64,000 nucleotides of DNA, from assembly GCA_964595645.1 (NCBI GenBank), contig CAZQQT010000010.1:1-64000 (forward strand). The letters are read 5' to 3'. Of this stretch, positions 1 through 8,089 are shown in pieces (positions within the stretch are counted from its first letter, which is position 1; every line of letters begins with the position of its first letter). Below the pieces are notes generated by a model. The model ran no database searches, was not told the DNA's origin, and worked only from the letters and a program-made list of their open reading frames with translations. The stretch is from an uncultured Thermococci archaeon (GTDB lineage Archaea; Methanobacteriota_B; Thermococci; Methanofastidiosales; B48-G16). The translations under genes and the position numbers were made by a program.

Positions 1-146
1 AAATTTAGGATTTTTTCTGCAGCTTCCAACACAAGCTTAGTAATATGATCTACATCTAGACTGAGACTCATTTCCTTCGTGAGATCATGAAGTGCTGAAA
101 GTTTTTCTTTATAATTTTCCTCTGTAGTTCTCTTTTTTTTAGCCAT
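1..146 (-). CDS. N-terminal fragment of a probable GAF-domain sensor protein (runs off the window start)
   Basis: ATG at 146 with an upstream GGTG RBS. Translation MAKKKRTTEENYKEKLSALHDLTKEMSLSLDVDHITKLVLEAAEKILNF resembles the GAF entry helices. Not in the ORF track because it is truncated. Confidence 0.6.
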   Translation of the reverse strand, partial: MAKKKRTTEENYKEKLSALHDLTKEMSLSLDVDHITKLVLEAAEKILN

Positions 147-289
147 TTTTGCGATACACCTTTCCAGTTGTAAAATAAGTACTCATTTTATAGTATGAGA
201 CATACGTTTATATATTTTTTTCTAATACTCTCAAGAGGGCGATATTGAGGATCAGTATCTATAAAAATCTCGGTGAGAATGAGTAATAG

Positions 290-2551
290 ATGAAGGGCTT
301 TATCGTTCACCCCACATATGAGACGAAAGGTAATCAGTCTGTAATAAAGCTTTATGGACGTTTAGAGAATGGAGAGAGTTTTTTATGCTTAAAGGAGTAT
401 AGGCCCTATTTTTTCATTAGGGAGAGAGATCTCCACACTGCATTGGAGTTACAAGATCTCGAATACGAGAAAACTGATCTCGTGAATTTTTCTGGTGAAG
501 CAATGGTAAAGATCTATACGGGTGTTCCTGCGGATGTGAGAACCACAAGAAAAGAACTCGAAAAAAACGATATTGCTTGTTATGAGGCAGATATAAAATT
601 TGTATACAGGTTTTTGTTCGATCACGACATATTTACCACAATCGAGATAGATGGAGAATTTACAGAGGGGGAACGAGTGGATAGAATCTACGATGATCCC
701 GTTATATTGTCTGCAGAAGGATATATCCCTCTCAAAACAGTTTCATTGGATATCGAAGTTAATGAAGAAACGGATGAGGTTGTGTGCGCCACGTTTTACG
801 GTGACGATGAGTGCAAAAGTTTTATAGCACGAGGCGATGTAAAGGGAGCAGAGTGCTGTGAAAATGAGGAAAAACTGTTTATCGCTATTAAAAACTATAT
901 ACTAGAACATAATCCCGATATAATCACAGGATGGAATGTGATCGACTTTGATTTCAAGTATTTGGAAGAACGATTCTCAGTGTATGATCTCCATTTTGAT
1001 CTCGGTAGATCCAAAAGAAAAACAAGATTCAGAACACAGCACTCATTTATCAGAGCCTCACGAGTACGTATCGATGGAAGAATCGTGCTTGATGGAATGT
1101 ACCTCGTGAGAGACTTCGCGATAAAACTCACAGATTACAAACTAGATACAGCAGCTTCTGAGATTCTCGATGAGAAAAAGGTCGATATAGAAAAAGATAT
1201 ATGCAACCTCTTTGAACACAACCCTGAGAGACTTCTGGAATATAACAAAAAAGATGCCGAGCTCGTTCACAAGATCATGGAAGAAAAAAAGCTCATCGAA
1301 CTTGCAAAACGTATGGCCGGAGTGACGGGACTGCAGCTCGATAGAGTGAAGGGATCAATTGCGTCGTTGGACTCATTATATATACGAAAGGCCAGAAAAC
1401 GAGGCATTGTATGCCCTTCTGTTACTGGGGGAAGAAAAAAGCACGTCATAGGAGGCCTTGTGCAGGAACCAGTGTATGGGATCTACGATCACGTGCTCGT
1501 CCTCGACTTCAGGAGCTTGTATCCTTCTATTATTGCCACAATGAACATCGATCCCATCACATTCACAGAAGAAGAAACGCAGATAAAGGCGCCGAACGAT
1601 GTTTATTTCACTAAAGAAAAAGCTATTCTTCCTGAGATAATTCTTGAGCTTTTAGAACGAAGAAAAAAGGTGAAAGACGTATATGAAGAACAATACGCTA
1701 TTAAAATTGTCATGAACTCCTTTTTCGGTGTGTTGGGCAACCCCAACTGTAGGTTTTACAACGCGAAAATTGCCAATGCAATCACAGCCTTCGGAAGATT
1801 TTTCTTGAATCTAACGACAGAAAAGGTAGAAGAGATGGGGTATAAGGTCATTTATGGAGATACAGACTCTATTTTCGTTGTTTCAAAAGTTGAAAGCAAA
1901 GAAAAGGCAGAAAACATCGGAGAAGAAATTGAAAAAAAAATAAATGATTTTTATGAATCATATGTCACAGAGGAGTATGGGACAGACAACTACCTAAAAC
2001 TCGAGTTTGAAAAGACGTATGAAAAGTTTTTTCTCCCCAAACAGCGTGGCATGGAGAAAGGAGCGAAAAAAAGATACGCTGGCCTAGTAGACGACGATCT
2101 CGATATTGTGGGACTAGAGTATGTAAGGAGAGATTGGACCGATCTAGCGAAGGAGTTCCAGTATAACCTCCTGAAAAAAGTTTTCCTAGGCGAAGATTAC
2201 GAGACGTATCTCAAGGAAACGGTAGAGAAGCTGAAGGCCGGTGAGCTTGATTCCCAGCTTGTATATGCAAAAGGAGTGAGAAAGAACCTAGATGATTACA
2301 CGAAGACCACACCCCCTCATGTGAAGGCTGCCCGAAAATTGGACGAGTTCGACGAGCGAGTAATAAAATATGTCATGGCTAAGAGTGGACCCGCGCCGAT
2401 AGAGCATATAGACAGAGTAAAAATAGATTATAACCACTATATAGAAAAACAGCTGAAGCCTATCGCAAACTCTATTCTGACTTTTTTCGATACAACATTC
2501 AAAGATGTGCTCACAGGCAGGGAACAGGCAAGTTTAGAGAAATATTTTTAG
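290..2551 (+). CDS. polB: Family B DNA polymerase (Pol II/PolB3-like) with 3'-5' exonuclease and C-terminal PIP box
   Basis: ExoI SLDIE, ExoII GWNVIDFD, ExoIII YNKKD; polymerase motifs DFRSLYPSII, KIVMNSFFG, YGDTDS; C-terminal QASLEKYF. Confidence 0.97.
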   Translation: MKGFIVHPTYETKGNQSVIKLYGRLENGESFLCLKEYRPYFFIRERDLHTALELQDLEYEKTDLVNFSGEAMVKIYTGVPADVRTTRKELEKNDIACYEADIKFVYRFLFDHDIFTTIEIDGEFTEGERVDRIYDDPVILSAEGYIPLKTVSLDIEVNEETDEVVCATFYGDDECKSFIARGDVKGAECCENEEKLFIAIKNYILEHNPDIITGWNVIDFDFKYLEERFSVYDLHFDLGRSKRKTRFRTQHSFIRASRVRIDGRIVLDGMYLVRDFAIKLTDYKLDTAASEILDEKKVDIEKDICNLFEHNPERLLEYNKKDAELVHKIMEEKKLIELAKRMAGVTGLQLDRVKGSIASLDSLYIRKARKRGIVCPSVTGGRKKHVIGGLVQEPVYGIYDHVLVLDFRSLYPSIIATMNIDPITFTEEETQIKAPNDVYFTKEKAILPEIILELLERRKKVKDVYEEQYAIKIVMNSFFGVLGNPNCRFYNAKIANAITAFGRFFLNLTTEKVEEMGYKVIYGDTDSIFVVSKVESKEKAENIGEEIEKKINDFYESYVTEEYGTDNYLKLEFEKTYEKFFLPKQRGMEKGAKKRYAGLVDDDLDIVGLEYVRRDWTDLAKEFQYNLLKKVFLGEDYETYLKETVEKLKAGELDSQLVYAKGVRKNLDDYTKTTPPHVKAARKLDEFDERVIKYVMAKSGPAPIEHIDRVKIDYNHYIEKQLKPIANSILTFFDTTFKDVLTGREQASLEKYF

Positions 2552-3561
2552 AGAGATTCACGCCAATATTCTATAAATGCAGCTATGTACGCTATTGAAT
2601 AAAAAAATGCAAGAAAGTACATAAAAAAAGGAAATAGAAGTGATTCATAGGTACAGTTTCCTTTTTCCCCTCTGTTTGCGACGACCATCGTGAATGATTC
2701 AAATACAAGGAGGAAAAAAAGAGGGAAAAAGTTCCAAGAGAGGAATGAGAGTAGAAGAATGAGAATATCGGCGATTGTTAGAAGATATGAGGAGAGAAGC
2801 TTTCCTATATTGTTACGAAACTCTTCAATGTTCCCACGAGCCCAATATTTTCTCTGTTGATAGAGTGCAGTAAGTGTATTGGGCATTGTGGTGTACACCA
2901 CGGCCTCCGGTGCATATGTGAGGGCGAACTTTTCTTTTATACGTTCCGAGAGCGTGAGATCTTCAACCTTCGATTTCTTGAATTGTTCATTTTCAAGGAC
3001 CCTTCTTTTAAATGCAGCAAAGGGTCCAGGAATAAATGTAATTTTGCTTCTAAATGCCATCACTCGCTTAAACATTGCAATTCGCAGATGTTCGATAGCT
3101 TGTATCCGCGATATCACTGTCGTTTCTTTCCGAACTTGGATATTACCGGCAACGGCATCGTATTTCTCAAGATATGAAAGCAGCTCCTCCAACGCACCCT
3201 CTTTCACAATCGTATCGGCATCGAGGAGTACCACATCCCCTGAAGAGTGTGCAACACCGTAGTTCAACGCATGGTACTTTCCCTGGTGGTTGAGGTAGTG
3301 AATGGCCACCTTATCCTCCCATTCGCGCAGTATCCTTTTGTTGTCACTCCCGTCGTCCACCACAACGATAGTATCGGGGTAGACGGATGTGAGACACAAT
3401 CCTACATCTTCTTCGTTGTAGTGTGGGATAATAATGGTGTACTCCCCAGTGTATTCTTCCCGTGGCTTCTTCTGTGTGAGTGAGATAAGGTACAGAAGAA
3501 AATAGTAGAGGTCCCTAAGAAAAACGCCAATGATGAGAAAGAGGAGGATCTCAAAAAGCAT
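2548..3561 (-). CDS. Membrane glycosyltransferase family 2 (processive-type architecture)
   Basis: IIPHYNE, VVDDGSD, GKYHALN, DADT, ED, and QQRKYW (a variant of QxxRW); N- and C-terminal TM helices. TATA at 3589-3582 suggests a leaderless mRNA. Confidence 0.9.
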   Translation of the reverse strand: MLFEILLFLIIGVFLRDLYYFLLYLISLTQKKPREEYTGEYTIIIPHYNEEDVGLCLTSVYPDTIVVVDDGSDNKRILREWEDKVAIHYLNHQGKYHALNYGVAHSSGDVVLLDADTIVKEGALEELLSYLEKYDAVAGNIQVRKETTVISRIQAIEHLRIAMFKRVMAFRSKITFIPGPFAAFKRRVLENEQFKKSKVEDLTLSERIKEKFALTYAPEAVVYTTMPNTLTALYQQRKYWARGNIEEFRNNIGKLLSSYLLTIADILILLLSFLSWNFFPLFFLLVFESFTMVVANRGEKGNCTYESLLFPFFMYFLAFFYSIAYIAAFIEYWRESL

Positions 3562-3599
3562 ACTGAGAATTGAGAAAGGATATATTAAAGGATTGTGTA

Positions 3600-3660
3600 G
3601 CCGGAGAGCTGCGATGATGGTCGCTACTTTTAGGGTGGGAACCTCATACAGCCCTCCAGC
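3600..3660 (-). ncRNA. Candidate small structured RNA (long hairpin) with its own promoter
   Basis: Minus-strand GCUGGAGGGCUG...CAGCUCUCCGGC forms 12 uninterrupted pairs (2 G-U) only on this strand. BRE/TATA CGAAAA-TTTTAAAA at 3697-3684 lies ~23 nt upstream. Confidence 0.45.
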
Positions 3661-3730
3661 AGTACTCTTTACTCACCCCTTCTTTTTAAAATTTTCGTTG
3701 TTTACGCAACGGCGCTTCGGCAAGAGCAAC

Positions 3731-3745
3731 CAAAACCTTTATAAA
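3731..3745 (+). promoter_or_regulatory. Archaeal BRE/TATA promoter
   Basis: CAAAACC-TTTATAAA; predicted start site ~3767-3769. Confidence 0.55.
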
Positions 3746-3767
3746 GAAGGAGCGAGTCGTTGGACTC

Positions 3768-3792
3768 TGTCCCCACATTCAATGTGGGGACA
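3768..3792. repeat. Perfect 12-bp inverted repeat
   Basis: TGTCCCCACATT-C-AATGTGGGGACA. Confidence 0.9.
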
Positions 3793-3854
3793 TGTACACT
3801 GTACAAGTTATAATGGATTTCAAATAATAAAATTATGATAATGAAGTGCATTTC

Positions 3855-3869
3855 CGTAAACTTTATAAA
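3855..3869 (+). promoter_or_regulatory. Archaeal BRE/TATA promoter for the micro-ORF pair
   Basis: CGTAAAC-TTTATAAA, ~30 nt upstream of ATG 3899. Confidence 0.55.
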
Positions 3870-3898
3870 GGGTAAACTCCTATACAGAGGTGAGAGAT

Positions 3899-3970
3899 AT
3901 GATATATACAGAAGACACGAACTGCATAGAAGTAGAAGAACTGAAAGAAAAAATAAAATATTACACATAA
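3899..3970 (+). CDS. Putative 23-aa small protein MIYTEDTNCIEVEELKEKIKYYT
   Basis: GAGGTGA RBS (3887-3893) 5 nt before ATG; TATA upstream. Confidence 0.5.
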   Translation: MIYTEDTNCIEVEELKEKIKYYT

Positions 3971-3983
3971 CGAGGTGATAATC

Positions 3984-4055
3984 ATGTTTGGACCTGAAAT
4001 GGAATATGAAATAGAAAAACTCCTTCAAATAAGGACGAAAAGAAAAGGTAGATAA
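3984..4055 (+). CDS. Putative 23-aa small protein MFGPEMEYEIEKLLQIRTKRKGR
   Basis: GAGGTGA RBS (3972-3978) 5 nt before ATG; followed by a pyrimidine-rich tract. Confidence 0.55.
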   Translation: MFGPEMEYEIEKLLQIRTKRKGR

Positions 4056-4060
4056 GTAGT

Positions 4061-4080
4061 CTTCCTTTCTTTCTCTTTTT
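4061..4080 (+). terminator. T/C-rich archaeal terminator-like tract
   Basis: CTTCCTTTCTTTCTCTTTTT directly after the micro-ORFs. Confidence 0.45.
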
Positions 4081-5132
4081 TATTTCTCTTTTTTACTCCC
4101 ATCTAACGCGTCAATTTGTATTTTTTCTCCAATTTGTGTGTGCGACGGCACATCTATCCAGATACCAAGCTCTAAAAGGCCCATCGTCACACCATTCATC
4201 TCTTTTATATCTACTATTGTTGTGTCTATGATACTAAAGGCTTCGATTTCGAAATTCTTTTGAAGTTCTTCTATTGTTTTCACCGTTTTTTTTGTCAGAG
4301 GCTCAGTCTGCACATTTTCTCGTATATGGGACGGTGTCTGCGATCCAGGGATTGCTGTAGTAACGCCATCTTGACTCACTACCCATCCCAGTGCGAGTTG
4401 ACTTGACGTGAGACCAGTGTTCCTGGCAAGTTCATTGAGACTTTTTATAAATCTTTCTAGTTTTTTGATAACGTCGTTGTTCAGCTGAAATCTATCTTTT
4501 AACAATGTTATTTTTCTATGATCGAAACCGCCTGCCAGCATGCCGAGGAAAAGCGACATATATGTGATAACACCCCATTCTTTTTTCTTACAGAGTGGCA
4601 CCTTCTCACTGAGGATATTCGGGTATACCACATTTAGGCAATCCTGAATACAAATTGTGTGGTCTGATTGTACTTTCTCTAATTGGGGTACTGAATGATT
4701 TGAAAATCCAATATACCTCACCTTCCCCTCATCCACACACTTTTCAAGATTTTGCACGACCTTTTCCATACTCATTGTGGGATCAGGCCCATGAACTTGG
4801 AGTATATCTACGTGCCCTGTGTTCAATCTTTCGAGACTCTGATCCAGTAGCGTTGAGACGGTTTCGTAACTGCAGTCTGGCATCACGCCGTTTTCAGTGA
4901 ATTTGTAGCCTGTTTTTGTGGCAAGTACAATCTCGTCCCTGTACTCCGGTATGATCCGACCGAGAACTTCTTCCGCCTTTCCATTCCCATAGTTTGGTGC
5001 AGTGTCAATCAATGTAATGCCAGCCTCCAGTGCAGTCTCGACAGCCTTTATTCCCTCTTCCGTTAAGGTTCTCGTACCCATGCCAATTATCGAGACCTCC
5101 GGTCCTCTCTTTCCCATCTTCCTCGTTTCCAT
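4080..5132 (-). CDS. Aldo/keto reductase with C-terminal EF-P domain III-like extension
   Basis: IGMGT, IDTAPNYG (catalytic D and Y), ATK, VHGPD, GKVRYIGFSN, IPGSQTPSHIREN. Confidence 0.93.
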   Translation of the reverse strand: METRKMGKRGPEVSIIGMGTRTLTEEGIKAVETALEAGITLIDTAPNYGNGKAEEVLGRIIPEYRDEIVLATKTGYKFTENGVMPDCSYETVSTLLDQSLERLNTGHVDILQVHGPDPTMSMEKVVQNLEKCVDEGKVRYIGFSNHSVPQLEKVQSDHTICIQDCLNVVYPNILSEKVPLCKKKEWGVITYMSLFLGMLAGGFDHRKITLLKDRFQLNNDVIKKLERFIKSLNELARNTGLTSSQLALGWVVSQDGVTTAIPGSQTPSHIRENVQTEPLTKKTVKTIEELQKNFEIEAFSIIDTTIVDIKEMNGVTMGLLELGIWIDVPSHTQIGEKIQIDALDGSKKEK

Positions 5133-5217
5133 CCTATCACTATAATTCCATACGTTTTGATTTTTTCATATAACAATAAAATATAAAAAGATTTCCTATA
5201 AAAATGTTTCGATTACC

Positions 5218-5799
5218 ATGACAGGGAATGACTTTGTCGATACACTACTCGGAACGTTTACCCATCCATTGAGAGGCGCGATACTCTATCAGCTCCTCAA
5301 GGGAAAAACCACAGCGAGCCAGATCGGAGAAAATCTCGGAGAAAAACCGGATAAGATATACTACCATTTGAAAATACTCAAAGAACATGGATTTATAGGG
5401 GAACCTGAGGTCGTCGTGAGAAAAAACTACGTAGAAAAATATTACGAGCTTACTCCACGGTTTAGAGAGAATTTGCTCTCATCTGCACAAGAACTCGCCG
5501 AAAGAGAGAAAAAAATGGATCCTGAAGAGTTTAGAAAGCTCATGCTCTCTTTCCTTTCCATGGCTATCTCTCTACTCCAAGGCTACAAGAAAAAACTTGA
5601 GAATGCCGATAGATGCGTGATAGAATCCATCCGGGAAGAGAATAATTTTGAAATCAAGCCTGTATTCTTTGAAGACACGCCGTACCGAGAGTGGTTAAAG
5701 GATACACGAGAAATATCACACGGCTCACTGATGGACATGTTTACTAAAGGGGCGGAGGGAAACATTGGAATGGTTGTTGCGTTGCCTGCACTTGAGTAA
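5218..5799 (+). CDS. ArsR-like winged-helix transcriptional regulator
   Basis: HPLRGAIL...TASQIGE...IYYHLKILKEHGFI...EKYYEL; divergent from the AKR gene. Confidence 0.85.
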   Translation: MTGNDFVDTLLGTFTHPLRGAILYQLLKGKTTASQIGENLGEKPDKIYYHLKILKEHGFIGEPEVVVRKNYVEKYYELTPRFRENLLSSAQELAEREKKMDPEEFRKLMLSFLSMAISLLQGYKKKLENADRCVIESIREENNFEIKPVFFEDTPYREWLKDTREISHGSLMDMFTKGAEGNIGMVVALPALE

Positions 5800-7128
5800 C
5801 TACTCGACCTCTTTCTCCTTCCATTTTCCTCTGCGGAACCACAGAAACATGAGTCCTGAGCCTACCGCCATGGCGAGTCCGAAGGCCAGGAAGGCACCTT
5901 CCAGCTCCCACCATCGTGAGAGCAGTAATATCAACGGGATCTGGAAACAGAGGTTGGTGAGGAAGGTGACGATCATGGGAGGTTTTGTGTCACCGGAACC
6001 GAAGAACGCACCACTCAGCGGGATATGAAATCCAATGAAGACAAGCAGAGGAGAAATAATTCGGAAGAAGGAGACACCGGTTTCAACGACCTCCGGGGTA
6101 TCATTGAAAAATGAGACGAGTTGTGGTGAGAATATAAAGAAAATCACTCCGACCACCGCCATGATTGCAGCACCCATATATCCTGCGCGTAATGCCGTAT
6201 GTTCTGCCCGTTTGGACTTTTTCGCTCCAAGATTGTGACCTATCAGTGTACTACATGCCAGCACTAACCCAAAGAGTGGCATCCATCCGATGCCCATCAA
6301 TCGCAAGCATATCTGCACCCCTGCGAGGGCTGTCATACCAAAACCGGCAATAATACGTACCGTGATCATATTGGAAATATTTCGGATCAGATGTTCAAAT
6401 CCAGAAGGAATCCCGATCATGAGTATATTCTTTATTGTAGGCAGATCAACCTCTATTTTAGTCGTGATCTTTACAATATGTCGTTCTGTAGTAATCAGCC
6501 ATAATCCAATAACAAACGCTACCATTTGGGAGAATACTGAGGCGATGGCAGCGCCACGAATGCCCAACCCCACGTAAAATATGAGTATCGGATCGAGGAT
6601 GATATTGACAATATTTGACAGGATCATGATCTTCATCGGTGTTCGCGCATCGCCCACCCCCCTCATCGCCGTGAAAATTGTTGCACCAGAGAGCATGAAG
6701 AGAAATCCAAAGGACATGATCTGCCCATATACCATGCCGTACGCAATGACATCTCCTTCGGCACCGAGAAGAATGAGAATGTGTCTCACAGAGGTCACAC
6801 CCACCACACAGAAGAGAAGCGCAATTCCCAGCTTTAATATAAGGGTTTGTTTGACTACTTCGTTCACCCGCTGGTAGTGTTTCGCTCCGTAATGTCGGGC
6901 GATAAGCGCCACACTGCCAACCCCCACTATCTCGTTGAACACGATGGCAAACTCAAAAAAGATTCCAAACAGACCAATGGCTGCTATTTGCTCATATCCT
7001 AACTTTCCCACCCAAAACATGTCTGCAAGATTGTAAAGAGTTGTAAAGGACATACCGACCATTGAAGGGAGCGCAATATGGAGTAACGCCCCCGTGATGT
7101 TCATTTCCGTGTAATCTTTCTTTTCCAT
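5800..7128 (-). CDS. MATE family efflux transporter
   Basis: LYNLADMFWVGKLG, RGVGDARTPM, NIILDPILI, GIRGAAIASV; ~12 TM helices. Confidence 0.95.
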   Translation of the reverse strand: MEKKDYTEMNITGALLHIALPSMVGMSFTTLYNLADMFWVGKLGYEQIAAIGLFGIFFEFAIVFNEIVGVGSVALIARHYGAKHYQRVNEVVKQTLILKLGIALLFCVVGVTSVRHILILLGAEGDVIAYGMVYGQIMSFGFLFMLSGATIFTAMRGVGDARTPMKIMILSNIVNIILDPILIFYVGLGIRGAAIASVFSQMVAFVIGLWLITTERHIVKITTKIEVDLPTIKNILMIGIPSGFEHLIRNISNMITVRIIAGFGMTALAGVQICLRLMGIGWMPLFGLVLACSTLIGHNLGAKKSKRAEHTALRAGYMGAAIMAVVGVIFFIFSPQLVSFFNDTPEVVETGVSFFRIISPLLVFIGFHIPLSGAFFGSGDTKPPMIVTFLTNLCFQIPLILLLSRWWELEGAFLAFGLAMAVGSGLMFLWFRRGKWKEKEVE

Positions 7129-7221
7129 TGCACAGAATCGATCATGCTACATAAAAAGGTATCTTCTGTGCAGTGGACAGGTTTAATAACTAGAAAATTG
7201 CGTATGTACAGTAGTGGTATC

Positions 7222-8085
7222 ATGGAAAAAAGTGAATATTCCAACGAGATGATGCGGCTTCTACATAAACGCGCTAGTTGCCGCAATTTTTCTGAGAAGA
7301 AGATTGAGCCGGAGGTACTTCAAGAGTTACTTGAAGCGGGGCTTCACGCGCCTACCGGAGGAAATCTTCAACCGTACTCAATTATACAAATAACGAAGAA
7401 AGAAATGAAAGAACGAGTAGCTGAACTGTGCGAAGGACAGCAGTTTATCGCCGATGCTCCTGTAGATCTCCTTTTTTGCATCGATCTCCATCGATTAGAG
7501 CGATGGGCGAAATTTGAAACTGCTCCCTTTACTGCTACCAACTCCTTCCGACATTTCTGGATATCATTCCAGGATACAGTGATCTGTGCTCAGAATATCT
7601 GTACCGCTGCAGACTCGGTGGGACTTGGGTCCGTGTATATCGGTTCGGTACTGGAGTGCTTCAGAGAACTTCGAGAGATATTCCATCTGCCTACAGGTGT
7701 CTTCCCTGTAGTGCTGCTCTGTCTCGGGTACCCAGCGAAAAGACCGTCATCGAGGAAGAAATTGGGTACCAATGTCATTGTTCATGAGGAAACGTATCAA
7801 GAAATGGAAGATCAGACGCTTCGTGAGGCCTTTAACGAAAAATACGGAGATAGGGAGTTTAACATCACCGAAGAACGATTGGAAGAGATCAAAGAGGTGT
7901 GCAGGGACGTTCACGGAGAAGAGTTTACTGAAAAATGCGTAGAAGAAATAAAGAAAAGAGGATATATTAATATAGCACAGTACTATTTTGGGCTTCACTA
8001 TCGGGCAGATCTCATGTCTCAGGACAATAACACCTTTTTAGCGATACTAAAAAAGGCTGGATTCGCATGGACTGGCGGAGAGTAA
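7222..8085 (+). CDS. Nitroreductase family protein (NfsA-like)
   Basis: RASCRNF, APTGGNLQPY, GLGSVYIG, LCLGYP. Start re-called to ATG 7222. Confidence 0.9.
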   Translation: MEKSEYSNEMMRLLHKRASCRNFSEKKIEPEVLQELLEAGLHAPTGGNLQPYSIIQITKKEMKERVAELCEGQQFIADAPVDLLFCIDLHRLERWAKFETAPFTATNSFRHFWISFQDTVICAQNICTAADSVGLGSVYIGSVLECFRELREIFHLPTGVFPVVLLCLGYPAKRPSSRKKLGTNVIVHEETYQEMEDQTLREAFNEKYGDREFNITEERLEEIKEVCRDVHGEEFTEKCVEEIKKRGYINIAQYYFGLHYRADLMSQDNNTFLAILKKAGFAWTGGE

Positions 8086-8089
8086 CACC

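Noticed and set aside
193-205. Palindrome GTATG-AGA-CATAC between the GAF gene and polB
   Set aside because: Only 5-bp arms and a single instance; within chance.
3611-3655. Fluoride (crcB) riboswitch-like start GCGATGATGGTCGC
   Set aside because: The downstream pseudoknot strand and the conserved GCUGAUG/UAC elements are missing, and no fluoride-related gene follows.
3590-3660. H/ACA guide RNA or SECIS interpretation of the hairpin
   Set aside because: An ACA follows the stem, but no proper K-turn/K-loop or pseudouridylation pocket geometry can be drawn. I found no in-frame UGA selenoprotein candidate in the window.
3530-4028. ORF-track entries 3530..3838 (+) and 3702..4028 (-)
   Set aside because: No RBS and no recognisable motifs. 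They run across promoters, hairpins and the better-supported micro-ORFs.
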